A stretch of DNA of 64,000 nt from a virus. Below the pieces are notes generated by a model. That model worked only from the letters and a program-made list of their open reading frames with translations. It searched no databases and was not told the origin of the DNA. The stretch lies in IMG/VR virus record IMGVR_UViG_3300044977_000094, positions 96,001 through 160,000 of that record. The stretch is one strand, 5' to 3'. Of the stretch, positions 1-8,710 are shown one piece after another. A program made the position numbers and the translations under genes. Numbering within the stretch: position 1 is the first letter of the stretch; every line of letters starts with the position of its first letter.

Positions 1-129
1 GCGCTCCATGCAGCCCGCGCCGAGCGGGACGGGTGGAAGCGGAAGGCCGAGGTGGACGGGGAGCGGCTGGGCCAGCTGCTCGACGCCGTCCGGGAACGGG
101 CCGAGGCGACCGGCGGTATCCAGCGGTGA
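1..129 (+). CDS. Partial hypothetical protein (3' end only)
   Basis: Open frame from base 1 (ALHAARAERDGWKRKAEVDGERLGQLLDAVRERAEATGGIQR*) with GC-rich third positions. Confidence 0.5.
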   Translation, partial: ALHAARAERDGWKRKAEVDGERLGQLLDAVRERAEATGGIQR

Positions 130-159
130 CGCCGGGCCGTGCCGCCCTGGGTCGGCTGC

Positions 160-495
160 TCAGTGCTGATGTCGGGCTGCCATCGCCTTCGGCCCGTACT
201 CGGCTTCGATGTCGGTCCCCTCGGCGCCGCGGCTGATGATGCGCATGCAGGCCGGGTCCCACTGGTAGGTGACGGTGCTCGCCGACTGCCATGCGTGCCG
301 GCCGAGGCGGATGTCGCATTGGTAGGCGATGTGGCCGGGGCTGGTGTGGCGGGCTTGTACGACGGCGAATCGCCACTGGCCGAGTGTGTAGATCCACATT
401 TCGGGGCGGTGTCCTGCGGGGTAGAGGCGCACCTGCGCGTTGGGGGTGTCTGGGTGCTTGGCTGGGGTGGCTTCGTGTGGTGGTGCGTGGCGCAT
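160..495 (-). CDS. Hypothetical protein, probably SOS-regulated
   Basis: 111-aa ORF with a LexA-box-like palindrome 3 bp upstream of its ATG. Confidence 0.7.
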   Translation of the reverse strand: MRHAPPHEATPAKHPDTPNAQVRLYPAGHRPEMWIYTLGQWRFAVVQARHTSPGHIAYQCDIRLGRHAWQSASTVTYQWDPACMRIISRGAEGTDIEAEYGPKAMAARHQH

Positions 496-498
496 GCT

Positions 499-514
499 TC
501 GAACATTGGCTCGA
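499..514. promoter_or_regulatory. Actinobacterial LexA (SOS) box
   Basis: TCGAAC-ATTG-GCTCGA, one mismatch to TCGAAC-N4-GTTCGA. Confidence 0.65.
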
Positions 515-623
515 ATCGGACGTGAATGCCCAGGTCAACGCCACGTGTCAGACCCGCGCCGTAGCGTCACTGGTGCGCACCCCGGCCACCGGCACAGCAG
601 GCCCGGCATATGGCGCAGCACTG

Positions 624-655
624 TGGCCCGGACCCGACAGACGGGGACCGGGCCA
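624..655. terminator. GC-rich stem-loop, likely terminator of the leftward operon
   Basis: TGGCCCGG...CCGGGCCA inverted repeat just past the stop of 664..1179. Confidence 0.5.
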
Positions 656-663
656 TAGAGACG

Positions 664-1179
664 TCAGCGGTCACGCCGGTACTGAAGGCGTGCACCGCAT
701 TCGCCACAGAAGCAGTCTGAGTCGACGTCCTTATGCGGGCATGCGGCCTGCCGGACGGCGCGGAGTCGACGACGCTCCTCGGCTTGAGCTTCCGCCTGCA
801 CCATCTGCTTGTAGCGGCGGATCTCCCGCTGAATCCCCAGGCGCTCCTGCTGGCGCAGCGGCACGTACCCCAGCCACTCCACGCACGACTTGTGCACCCC
901 GTTGACCAGGCCGTCCGCGTCGTGCATGCCGCAGATCGGGCAGCAGCCGGCCGGGCAGCCGACGGCGGCAGGGAAGACCGGGGTGCGGACGGGAGGCGGC
1001 GGTGCTGTCTGCGAGTGGAGCCTGCGCAGGCGCCGACGGGCACCCGCCACGTCCCCCATGCCGATGGCCAGAGCGATCAGCGTGAGCGGCCACAGAGCAG
1101 GACGCGCGATGAATGCCGCAGTGCACACAGCCATGCAGACCAAGTTGATCCACAGGATCGCGATCAGGTACCGCCTCAT
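664..1179 (-). CDS. Hypothetical membrane protein with Cys motifs
   Basis: Starts MRRYLIAILW; two hydrophobic N-terminal segments; CCPIC and CFCGEC motifs; ATGA overlap with the upstream gene. Confidence 0.7.
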   Translation of the reverse strand: MRRYLIAILWINLVCMAVCTAAFIARPALWPLTLIALAIGMGDVAGARRRLRRLHSQTAPPPPVRTPVFPAAVGCPAGCCPICGMHDADGLVNGVHKSCVEWLGYVPLRQQERLGIQREIRRYKQMVQAEAQAEERRRLRAVRQAACPHKDVDSDCFCGECGARLQYRRDR

Positions 1180-1631
1180 CCCTCCGCCTCCCATCCCCAT
1201 GCCTTGGCGAGCCCCAGCACCGTCCGGCACGGCCAGTCCACCGCATCGTCCGGCTCGACCTGCTGGCTGATGGGGAGGTCCAGCCACTTGGCGCAGCGAC
1301 GGCAGTAGCGGCCCTCGTCCAGGTTGTGTTCGGCCAGGATCTCCCGCTCCGCCGCGACCCGGGCCAGGACCGTCCCCGGGTGGTTGGCGGCGATGAAGTC
1401 AGCGTCGGCTATCTCCACGACACCGCCTCCCTCATAGCCGTGGCCGACGACGTTCGCACTGCCCCACCAAGCCCCCGAGGCGGCTGCTTCGGTGCCGATG
1501 TCGGCCGCGAAGTCGTCGTCGCCCCAGTCGTGCCGCTGTGCGAACCACGGCCCCGGCGTCGCCGCCCGTGCCTGCCCCTCAGCCCGCTCGTGCGCGGCCA
1601 GCAGGTAGGCCACCGCAGGGTGCTCGCTCAT
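1176..1631 (-). CDS. Hypothetical protein (DUF6221 / Ead-Ea22-like)
   Basis: Motifs RAATPGPW, DADFIAANHP and WPCRTVLGLA, typical of this actinophage family. Confidence 0.7.
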   Translation of the reverse strand: MSEHPAVAYLLAAHERAEGQARAATPGPWFAQRHDWGDDDFAADIGTEAAASGAWWGSANVVGHGYEGGGVVEIADADFIAANHPGTVLARVAAEREILAEHNLDEGRYCRRCAKWLDLPISQQVEPDDAVDWPCRTVLGLAKAWGWEAEG

Positions 1632-1945
1632 CGCCTCATCCTCTCGTCGCGACAACAACACCAGTCGGCGTAGCCTGCTTCGCCGTCCTCGAAGCACGAG
1701 TAGCAGCAGAAGCCCTTGTGGTGCTCCGACTGGCACCAGTATTCGACGTCGTCGTGCCTTGGGATCCCTAGCTTCTCCTGGAGAGGCAGCGCCTCGATCT
1801 GCTCGTACAGCTCGCTGCGGTACCGGCGCCACCAGCGGAGCTGCGACGCTTTACCCCACCGCTTCACCACGTCTGGGACGCGGCCACGGACTGGTGGGTG
1901 TAGCGGCTGGTAGTCCGGGTCGTCCAGCGGGGCGACGTCAGGCAT
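1628..1945 (-). CDS. Hypothetical Cys/His-rich protein
   Basis: C-terminal CQSEHHKGFCCYSC...WCCC; overlaps both neighbours. Confidence 0.65.
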   Translation of the reverse strand: MPDVAPLDDPDYQPLHPPVRGRVPDVVKRWGKASQLRWWRRYRSELYEQIEALPLQEKLGIPRHDDVEYWCQSEHHKGFCCYSCFEDGEAGYADWCCCRDERMRR

Positions 1946-2114
1946 CGCCGTCGTCCTGCTTCTCGGGGTCGCAGCAGCCGTCCAGGCCCCGGCAGCGCCC
2001 GTACGTGTCAGTGCACGGCCCGATGCACGACTCCTCACCACACGGCCCGTAGATCCGGCCGTTCAGGCACGCGAGGTCCGGGACGTGACCACACGGACAG
2101 GGCAGGTCAGCCAT
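1938..2114 (-). CDS. 58-aa cysteine-rich miniprotein (below the ORF-track cutoff)
   Basis: MADLPCPCGHVPDLACLNGRIYGPCGEESCIGPCTDTYGRCRGLDGCCDPEKQDDGDA; GGAGG RBS 7 nt upstream; fills the gap between its neighbours. Confidence 0.7.
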   Translation of the reverse strand: MADLPCPCGHVPDLACLNGRIYGPCGEESCIGPCTDTYGRCRGLDGCCDPEKQDDGDA

Positions 2115-2640
2115 GCTGGTCCTCCAGGATTTCGCGGCCTTCGCAGCCGCAGGGCTCGAACCGCCAATGCCGCTCGGTGCTCAACGTCGTCTCCTCGCCG
2201 TAGAAGCGGCCGACTACGCCCTCCAGCACGGTGGCGTAGCCGAAGGTCCACCACGGCGGACCGAACCGCGTGCCGCACAGCGGGCAGGCCATATCCCGCC
2301 ATGGCCACTGCGACAGGCGCAGTCGCAGCAGGTCCAGCGGGTGAATGATCGGCATCGCCATCGGCAGGTAGTCGCCGACCCGATCCGCCGTGTGGTCGCC
2401 GTCGTGGCAGCACCACAACCCGCACTGCTCATTGTCGACGACGCAGCAGCAGTAGTGCTGCTCGCCGTCGAACAGCCGCATGTGCTCGGCCTTCGCCGCC
2501 CGCGTGTTCGCCTGCTCCTCGGCCCGGACCGCTTCGGTGAACGCCCGCTCGCGCCGGAGCATCCGGCGGTGCTCGCGGACCACCCATCCGCCGAGCAGGA
2601 CGGCGTACACGACCAGGGCGATGCCCACCACGGTGATCAC
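2107..2640 (-). CDS. Hypothetical membrane-anchored Cys-rich protein
   Basis: GTG start; N-terminal TM segment; CCC, CC, CPLC and CGC motifs. Confidence 0.65.
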   Translation of the reverse strand: MITVVGIALVVYAVLLGGWVVREHRRMLRRERAFTEAVRAEEQANTRAAKAEHMRLFDGEQHYCCCVVDNEQCGLWCCHDGDHTADRVGDYLPMAMPIIHPLDLLRLRLSQWPWRDMACPLCGTRFGPPWWTFGYATVLEGVVGRFYGEETTLSTERHWRFEPCGCEGREILEDQHG

Positions 2641-2867
2641 GGCTGCTCCTGGTACTGGTCGATGTCGGGCAGGTCGGTCGTGCTCCGCTGCGGCGCCCAT
2701 GCCGGCTCGCAGTCCCCGCCGGCATCGTCGGCCTCGTCGGCTTCTTCCGCGCACCAGCGGCACAGGTCCGTGAGGATGCCCTGCGCGTCAAGAGCCAGAT
2801 CGGCGGCCGGAGTCGGCTCCTGGCAGGACCAGCACATGACCTGGTCGGCTATCCGCTGGCCGGTCAC
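2637..2867 (-). CDS. Hypothetical zinc-finger protein
   Basis: CWSC...CRWC; GTGA overlaps at both ends. Confidence 0.6.
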   Translation of the reverse strand: MTGQRIADQVMCWSCQEPTPAADLALDAQGILTDLCRWCAEEADEADDAGGDCEPAWAPQRSTTDLPDIDQYQEQP

Positions 2868-3154
2868 TGATCGGCCTCCGTCTCGTTCGCCGGGGTCCCG
2901 CACCCGCGCGTGATTCCGAGCCCGTCGCAGCAGCGGTGGCAGCGCTGGAGTCCGAGCCGGGACCCAACCCCGGGCAGCGTCCACCAGCCGCGCTGCCCGC
3001 ACACCGCGCGGAGGCGCAGCGGCTCGGCGGTGTCGATGCTGGTGCGCATCTCCTCGACGGTCAGGGACTCGCCGGGGATGGCGTGCAGGCGACGCCAGTC
3101 GCCAGTCACGAGCCACCACTGGCCGTGGTTCTCGGGAATCGGGTGCGCGGTCAC
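2864..3154 (-). CDS. Hypothetical protein
   Basis: GTG start coupled to the upstream stop; C...CHRCC motif. Confidence 0.6.
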   Translation of the reverse strand: MTAHPIPENHGQWWLVTGDWRRLHAIPGESLTVEEMRTSIDTAEPLRLRAVCGQRGWWTLPGVGSRLGLQRCHRCCDGLGITRGCGTPANETEADQ

Positions 3155-3609
3155 CGCCCACCCCACACGTCGCGGTGGCGGTCGTGCGAGCAGCCCCGAT
3201 CGTGGCGTGCGCCGACCGGGACATGGCAGTCCGGGCACGGATCGCCGTCCGTCGAGTCTTCCTCCGACAAGCGTGTCAGCTCGGCCGCGGCCCGGTCATG
3301 GGGGCAGCCGGAACCGAGACACGGCGAACCGGTGCCGCAGGGGTCAGCACCGCTACGGGCGCGGCGTAGCGGGTCCGATTCGATCAACGCCGCGACCGCG
3401 TCCGGGTCGGCCATGAACGAGTGCGCCCAGTCCTGGCGGTAGTCGCAGGACTCGTCCGGGCAGTGCCAGCCGTCGGTCTCGGCTATCAGCGTCTGGTGCA
3501 GCGGATGGGCAGCACCGCACGTGAACGGGTGCATCAGGCCGGATGCCTGAAGCCGGTTGAGGGTCGCGACTTGCCGCTCGGACCACGGAGGGCGGATCAG
3601 GTCAAGCAC
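3151..3609 (-). CDS. Hypothetical protein with HPFTC motif
   Basis: PPWSERQV...HPFTCG...WHCPDESCDYRQDWAH, a recurrent phage protein pattern. Confidence 0.7.
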   Translation of the reverse strand: MLDLIRPPWSERQVATLNRLQASGLMHPFTCGAAHPLHQTLIAETDGWHCPDESCDYRQDWAHSFMADPDAVAALIESDPLRRARSGADPCGTGSPCLGSGCPHDRAAAELTRLSEEDSTDGDPCPDCHVPVGARHDRGCSHDRHRDVWGGR

Positions 3610-3793
3610 GGGTGATCTCCTCGGTCGCTTCCGGGAGTGTCTGTCCGCAGGCGCGGCACACCATGGCGGCGAACGCCTCTGTGATCTCCGGGTGCTGGAC
3701 CTCGTCGATGAGGTGGTCCAGTTCGGGGTCACCGGTGTGGTGGAGGGATTCGACGGCGGGGGTGTGGGCTTGGTTGTACTGCTCCTCGGTCAT
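3602..3793 (-). CDS. Hypothetical protein
   Basis: 63 aa with CRAC motif; coupled to neighbours. Confidence 0.6.
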   Translation of the reverse strand: MTEEQYNQAHTPAVESLHHTGDPELDHLIDEVQHPEITEAFAAMVCRACGQTLPEATEEITRA

Positions 3794-4182
3794 GATCTCT
3801 TCTCCTCGGGCATCGTGGCGACAACGACGCGATCAGCGCCGACCATGTCGCACAGTTCCTCAATCGGGTTCAGCCGCTCCCATGCGCCGGGGGCGAGCGG
3901 TTCAACGGTCAGCTCCTCGCCGAACCGGCGCTCAGCGTGCAGGAGCCACGCCATCAGGTCCGGAACGTCGATGTCCTCGGGCGGCGTGACGCCGTCGAGC
4001 TGCGGGTGCTGGGCGAGGACCGCAGGACGGCACGCGTCCATCGCGCGGGGGAGCTGGTGCGTGAAGAGGTCGTCGCCGGTCAGGTCGTTCAGGATGTTGT
4101 AGATCCCGGCCATGTGCTGGCGGGACAGCAGGCGGCCGGTGGTGACGGACAGGATGTCGGCGAGCGGGTACGAGCGGGACAT
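3790..4182 (-). CDS. Conserved phage hypothetical protein
   Basis: LADILSVTTGRLLS...LFTHQLPR...LAQHPQL pattern. Confidence 0.7.
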   Translation of the reverse strand: MSRSYPLADILSVTTGRLLSRQHMAGIYNILNDLTGDDLFTHQLPRAMDACRPAVLAQHPQLDGVTPPEDIDVPDLMAWLLHAERRFGEELTVEPLAPGAWERLNPIEELCDMVGADRVVVATMPEEKRS

Positions 4183-4916
4183 CAGGACTCCTCGGTGGGG
4201 GTGGGGGTGCCGGGGCACCAGGCGGGTGTCATGCCCGGCTGCGGTGCCCAGGGGTGCGGGCGGTGCGGGAACATTGGCGAGCCGCCGAACTGGCGCAGGA
4301 CGGTCATGCTGCACGGCACCCGCTCGGCACCGTCATAGGCGGCGTCCTCAGGGCCGTTCCAGTCCGCGTCGTCCGCGCGGGGCGCGCCGGGTGTGGGGCC
4401 GTCCCCGTCGAGCAGCCGGAGCACGTCCTGCGCGGTCTCCCGTGCGGCGACCCGACACGAGTCGGCGGCCAGGGCGCAGTAAGCGCGGACGCGGGTGATT
4501 GCAGCCTCGGCCTTCTCGGCGCGTTCGGTCTCCTGGATGCTGCCGTCCAGCACCCGGGCGCACGAAAGGCAGTCGGTGCCCCAGGTGATCGCGTTGACCT
4601 GCTCGCCGGTCGCGGCGATGTGCTCCAGCATCTCCGCGGGCGTGTCGTCGGCGCGGACGATGCCTGCTCGGACGAGGGCGGTGGTGAGCTGGTCCACGCG
4701 GGCCATGAGCGGCTGTACGACCTCGCCGATGATCGTGTCGGCGGCGACCTGGTAGTCGTGCGGCTCCAGATCAACAAGGCTGCAGCTGAACCCGGCATCC
4801 TTGCTGCACGCCAAGCGGATCTGGTCCCGGATCTCGGCGAGGCGCGCGTCGTCGGGCTGCGGGTTGGTGCGGCGGGCATGAGCGAGCTGGTCGGCCCGCA
4901 GGCTGCGATCGGTCAC
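4182..4916 (-). CDS. Hypothetical protein
   Basis: 244-aa ORF in the coupled operon. Confidence 0.7.
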   Translation of the reverse strand: MTDRSLRADQLAHARRTNPQPDDARLAEIRDQIRLACSKDAGFSCSLVDLEPHDYQVAADTIIGEVVQPLMARVDQLTTALVRAGIVRADDTPAEMLEHIAATGEQVNAITWGTDCLSCARVLDGSIQETERAEKAEAAITRVRAYCALAADSCRVAARETAQDVLRLLDGDGPTPGAPRADDADWNGPEDAAYDGAERVPCSMTVLRQFGGSPMFPHRPHPWAPQPGMTPAWCPGTPTPTEES

Positions 4917-5179
4917 GGCTGGCCTCCGGAGTTGATCGGGCGGAGCTTCATCGCTGCCGACTCATCGGGCGTGAGGCGGTCCCGCTGCTCCTCGGTGACC
5001 CACGGCCCGTAGTGCACGTCACGCACCATGAGGGTCCTGGTCTCGCCGCGCGCGAGGGGACGCTCCATGTCGCGGTGGGCTTGGTCCATGTCGTCGCCGT
5101 AGCTGCCGATGTGTGTTCCGGCGGTGACGTTCTCGTAGCGGATCGCCCACTCGGTGGCGACCTCGGCGCGCTCAGGCAT
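4913..5179 (-). CDS. Hypothetical protein
   Basis: GGAGG RBS before MPERAEV. Confidence 0.6.
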   Translation of the reverse strand: MPERAEVATEWAIRYENVTAGTHIGSYGDDMDQAHRDMERPLARGETRTLMVRDVHYGPWVTEEQRDRLTPDESAAMKLRPINSGGQP

Positions 5180-5414
5180 GCTGGCCTCCGGTGAGGATCG
5201 CGCGAGCAGTAGCCAGGGTCTCCTGGCCGCCGACACGGTTCAGCAGGTCGGGGGCCAACTCGGCAACGCGCGCCCACTGGTCGAACACCATCGCAAGGCT
5301 CACGGCGACGCCCGGATGCATGCGGGCCTGCGGGTCGGGATCGGGTGACGTGGCAGCGGTGCGCAGCTTGGCGCTGGCCGCGCGGAGTTCGTCGGCGGGG
5401 GTGAGGTCAGGCAT
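5172..5414 (-). CDS. Hypothetical protein
   Basis: TPADELRAASAKLR...LATARAIL pattern common in actinophages. Confidence 0.65.
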   Translation of the reverse strand: MPDLTPADELRAASAKLRTAATSPDPDPQARMHPGVAVSLAMVFDQWARVAELAPDLLNRVGGQETLATARAILTGGQHA

Positions 5415-5607
5415 CGGGGGCGTCCTCGGGTGTGGTGAAGTCGTAGAACATGACCAGGTCTGTGCCGTCCTGCCGCATGGTTGCCTCGGAGACGGGCACG
5501 CCGTGGGCGCGCATCGCCGTGGTGAGCAGCTGCTTCAATGCGGGCAGGCGGTCGACCAGGACGGGCAGCGGAGTGCGGAGTTCGATGCGCACAGGGATCT
5601 CGGCCAT
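5407..5607 (-). CDS. Hypothetical protein
   Basis: MAEIPVRIEL...; coupled to neighbours. Confidence 0.55.
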   Translation of the reverse strand: MAEIPVRIELRTPLPVLVDRLPALKQLLTTAMRAHGVPVSEATMRQDGTDLVMFYDFTTPEDAPDA

Positions 5608-5912
5608 CACTCGCCGTCCTCGGCGGCAGGCAGCGAGGCAGCGGGCACGAGCGGCCCGAAGTCCCGCTCGACGCTCTCCCGCTGCTCCCGCCAACCGTTG
5701 TCGCAGTCAGCGGCCATAGCGACGGGCCGGAAAAGCTGCACGTCACCGCCGGGCCGGTCCATCCAGATGTCGCCGTGACGGTCCCGGTACCGGGCGCCTT
5801 CCGGGCGCTTGAGCAGCGCACGGAGCCGGTCGATCTCCGCGACCAACTCCACTGTCACCGCGTCGGTCGAGTCGGAGCGGATCTCGGTCAGGCGGCCATC
5901 GGACATGGTCAT
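5607..5912 (-). CDS. Hypothetical protein
   Basis: AAGGAG RBS; YRDRHGDIW...VERDFGPL motif. Confidence 0.65.
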   Translation of the reverse strand: MTMSDGRLTEIRSDSTDAVTVELVAEIDRLRALLKRPEGARYRDRHGDIWMDRPGGDVQLFRPVAMAADCDNGWREQRESVERDFGPLVPAASLPAAEDGE

Positions 5913-5951
5913 GTGCTGCTCCTTGGTTCGGCCGGCTGATCCGGCAGGGGA

Positions 5952-6212
5952 CTACGGGCGGGCGGTGTCGGCGGTCGGGGTGGTGGTGAGGTTGGCGGCG
6001 TAGGCCCGCAATGCCCGGGCGCAGTCGACGGTGTGCCTGGCTGCTTCCTGCATCTCCGCGTCGTCGAAGCCAGCCTGGGTTCCGGCGATGCATTCAAGGA
6101 CGGAAGCGGCGTCGATGAAGCCCTGCGCGCGGTGCCGTGCGGCCGTTCGACGCTGCTCGCCAGCGCCGGTCAACTCGTCCAGGACGCCACGCCAGAAGAC
6201 GCGGGCGCTCAT
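5952..6212 (-). CDS. Hypothetical protein
   Basis: ATGA overlap with the upstream gene. Confidence 0.6.
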   Translation of the reverse strand: MSARVFWRGVLDELTGAGEQRRTAARHRAQGFIDAASVLECIAGTQAGFDDAEMQEAARHTVDCARALRAYAANLTTTPTADTARP

Positions 6213-6613
6213 CGCGTGCCGCCTTCCAGCCCGTCGGCGCGCTCGCTGCGGACCTCCGTCATGGTGTGCCGCTCCCACGCGCCAGCCAGGTCCTCCACGA
6301 GGTTGTCGCCGAACCCGGCCGGGAGCGACCCCAGGGGCCGACCGCACTGGCAGTGAGCCTGCACCGCCCGGGCCGGGCCAGCGCAGTGCGTCTGCCAGCG
6401 CATGAACACCGGAAGCCACGGGCGGTTCGGACGCAGCGCGTACTCGAACGTCTTCTGGCACTCGCAGTGGATGTAGAACTCGCAGTCGCCGTACTCGATC
6501 ACGAGCGCGTGGCCGGGGGTGTACTCGACGATGAGAGCGTGGCCGCCCTCAAGGGTCTCGCGCCATTCCGGGTCGGGCGGGGTGGACGGCTCGGGCAGGT
6601 ACAGAGCGGGCAT
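6209..6613 (-). CDS. Hypothetical protein with CxC...W..H repeats
   Basis: Tandem GHALIVEY/GHALVIEY and two HCxC...WxxH units. Confidence 0.65.
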   Translation of the reverse strand: MPALYLPEPSTPPDPEWRETLEGGHALIVEYTPGHALVIEYGDCEFYIHCECQKTFEYALRPNRPWLPVFMRWQTHCAGPARAVQAHCQCGRPLGSLPAGFGDNLVEDLAGAWERHTMTEVRSERADGLEGGTR

Positions 6614-6615
6614 GG

Positions 6616-6861
6616 TCACGCCTCCTTGCTGGTGGTGTCGGCGGCCTGGCGGGCGACGGCGTCGAGCGCCGCATTCACGGCCCGCGAGATGCGGACGTTC
6701 GCACCCCACCGCGGCTGCGGCACCGGCCGGTCGTCGCCCTTGTCGAGGCGGTACCGCTCCTCGGTGAGGATCAAGGCCAGCTCGCGCAGATCGGCGGGGT
6801 CGAGCAGGAGCGCCGGCGGGGTGATCGCGGCGGGTTGGGTGTCGGGCAGGGGAGTGGACAT
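6616..6861 (-). CDS. Hypothetical protein
   Basis: 81-aa ORF with AAGGA RBS. Confidence 0.6.
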   Translation of the reverse strand: MSTPLPDTQPAAITPPALLLDPADLRELALILTEERYRLDKGDDRPVPQPRWGANVRISRAVNAALDAVARQAADTTSKEA

Positions 6862-6923
6862 CGGTCAGTCCTTCCGGTCGGGGTGGGTGGCGGTCCAGCA
6901 GTCGGGGCAGATGTCGCCGGCGG

Positions 6924-7937
6924 TCAACGGGGCACCGCCAGAGCCCGGCGGTGGGCACCGAGCAGTACCCCGTAGGCGTAGTGGGCCTGCTGGGGCACTA
7001 CGCCGTTGCCGATGATCTTGAGTTCGTCCGGGCGTTTGAGTCCAAGCCCGGTCACGTGCCCGGCGTCCAGCCCCATCAGCCACTCCGCGAACGCCGGCGA
7101 CAAGCGTCGATTCCCGCGGGTGCCAGGCTCCGTCGGCTCCGGTGCACGGCGACCGACCACGCCTTCCCAGCGGCGAATCGCGGGCCCGTAGTCCACGCCG
7201 TCCAACGACACCCAGTCGCGATCAAGACGTACCGCCATGCCCGGCAGGTAGTAGCGGCCCTGCGTGTCACGCTGGTTCGGGCCACCATGTGGGCCGTCCG
7301 AGGCTTTCGGGGTCGGCAGCAGATTCAGAGACGGGTCACCAGGGTTCGCAGGTTCATGCCGCCCTTGCGCTTCGGCGACGTCCCAGCACCGCCAGTTCCG
7401 TCCGCTGTCGTCGGGGTCGGCAGCAGCGGGATGGGCGAAGGCGAACCAGCGGTACCGGTTGTGCGGGGCGCCGATCTCGGCGTCACCAGCTCGTAGGCAT
7501 GTCCACCGCGCGTCATACCCGATTTGGGCCAGGTCGCCGGCGACGACGTCCAGCCCGCGGGACCGGATCGCCGCCACGTTCTCCAGGAAGAGGAGACGCG
7601 GTCGAAGGACGCGAACAGCCTCAACGATGTTCTTCCAGATGCCCGAGCGCTTGCCATGGATTCCGATCCTTGGTCCGGCGTTGCTGATGTCCGTGCAGGG
7701 AAAGCCGGCGGCGATGACGTTCGGGCGATACAGCTCCCGGACCTTCTGCCAGTCGGCCTTGGTGACGTCGCCGAGGTTGGGGACGCCGGGGTGGTGGTGT
7801 TCGAAGACGGTGGCGGCGGCGGTGTCGTTCTCGGCGCCGACGACGACCTGGCCGCCGAGGCCGGCACGGATGGCGATTTCCAGGCCGCCGTAGCCGGAGC
7901 ACAGGGAGGCGATGCGGGTACTGCCGGTGCTGGTCAC
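6924..7937 (-). CDS. DNA (cytosine-5) methyltransferase, orphan
   Basis: Motif I SLCSGYGG, motif IV AGFPCTDIS, motif VI LENV, motif VIII HNRYRWF, C-terminal GNGVVP. Confidence 0.92.
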   Translation of the reverse strand: MTSTGSTRIASLCSGYGGLEIAIRAGLGGQVVVGAENDTAAATVFEHHHPGVPNLGDVTKADWQKVRELYRPNVIAAGFPCTDISNAGPRIGIHGKRSGIWKNIVEAVRVLRPRLLFLENVAAIRSRGLDVVAGDLAQIGYDARWTCLRAGDAEIGAPHNRYRWFAFAHPAAADPDDSGRNWRCWDVAEAQGRHEPANPGDPSLNLLPTPKASDGPHGGPNQRDTQGRYYLPGMAVRLDRDWVSLDGVDYGPAIRRWEGVVGRRAPEPTEPGTRGNRRLSPAFAEWLMGLDAGHVTGLGLKRPDELKIIGNGVVPQQAHYAYGVLLGAHRRALAVPR

Positions 7938-7995
7938 GGTGCTGCTCCTGGGGGCTGGTGGGTGTGGCGCGGCGGGGCTAGACAGCGGGGGCGGC

Positions 7996-8352
7996 TCAGT
8001 AGGCGCGGAAGTCGTTGTCGGCCATCGCTGCGGGCTGCTCCGGCTGATGTGCAGGCCGAGGGGCAGGCTCCGGTTGGGGCTTTGGCAACGTGGATATGTC
8101 CAGCGCGGCTATCTGGACGCTCTCCGCGTCCTCGCGGGTCGCGTGGTGCATAGAAAGTCCAGCCAGTCCCCACGAGGCCCAGCGCTGCCCGTCGCGGATG
8201 TTGCTCGCGGTGCAGAAGTAGCTGCCGCCGATGGTGTGGCCGTTTGCGACGAGGAGGAACTCGTCTCCGGGCTCGTCTCGGGACCCGAGTGTGGAGAAGC
8301 CGTCGTACTCGGGAACCCGGGTGACGATCGGGCGCGTGGTCGTAGTGGTCAT
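7996..8352 (-). CDS. Hypothetical protein
   Basis: 118 aa; GGAGG RBS. Confidence 0.65.
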   Translation of the reverse strand: MTTTTTRPIVTRVPEYDGFSTLGSRDEPGDEFLLVANGHTIGGSYFCTASNIRDGQRWASWGLAGLSMHHATREDAESVQIAALDISTLPKPQPEPAPRPAHQPEQPAAMADNDFRAY

Positions 8353-8355
8353 GGT

Positions 8356-8676
8356 CTATGCGACCTCCAGCGCGCGGGCGGCAAGTTGGTGGTAGCAGCG
8401 GCGGCCCTTGCTCCCGGCCTCGCAGGTGCAGGCGTCGCTGGTGCAGCGGTGGATGCGGCTGCCGTCGGTGGACACCGCGAGCCAGATCCGGCCCCGCAGG
8501 GGGTGGATGGCGTTGTCCTCGATCAGCTCGACGGCCTTGGCGGCCTGGTCGGCGGTGTAGCCGGTGGTGGTGGCGATGCGGCGGACGAGGGCGGCGGTGG
8601 TGGTGAGCGCCGTAGCGAGGAGCTGGCGGCCGGCGTGGGCTGCGGTGGTGATCCAGCGGCGGGCGATGGTGCGCAT
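8356..8676 (-). CDS. SWIM-type zinc-finger protein
   Basis: CTCEAGSKGRRCYH matches CxC-xn-CxH; GAGGAG RBS. Confidence 0.75.
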   Translation of the reverse strand: MRTIARRWITTAAHAGRQLLATALTTTAALVRRIATTTGYTADQAAKAVELIEDNAIHPLRGRIWLAVSTDGSRIHRCTSDACTCEAGSKGRRCYHQLAARALEVA

Positions 8677-8710
8677 CTCGGGCTCCTCGGTGGGTGCTGC
8701 GCTTCCGTTC

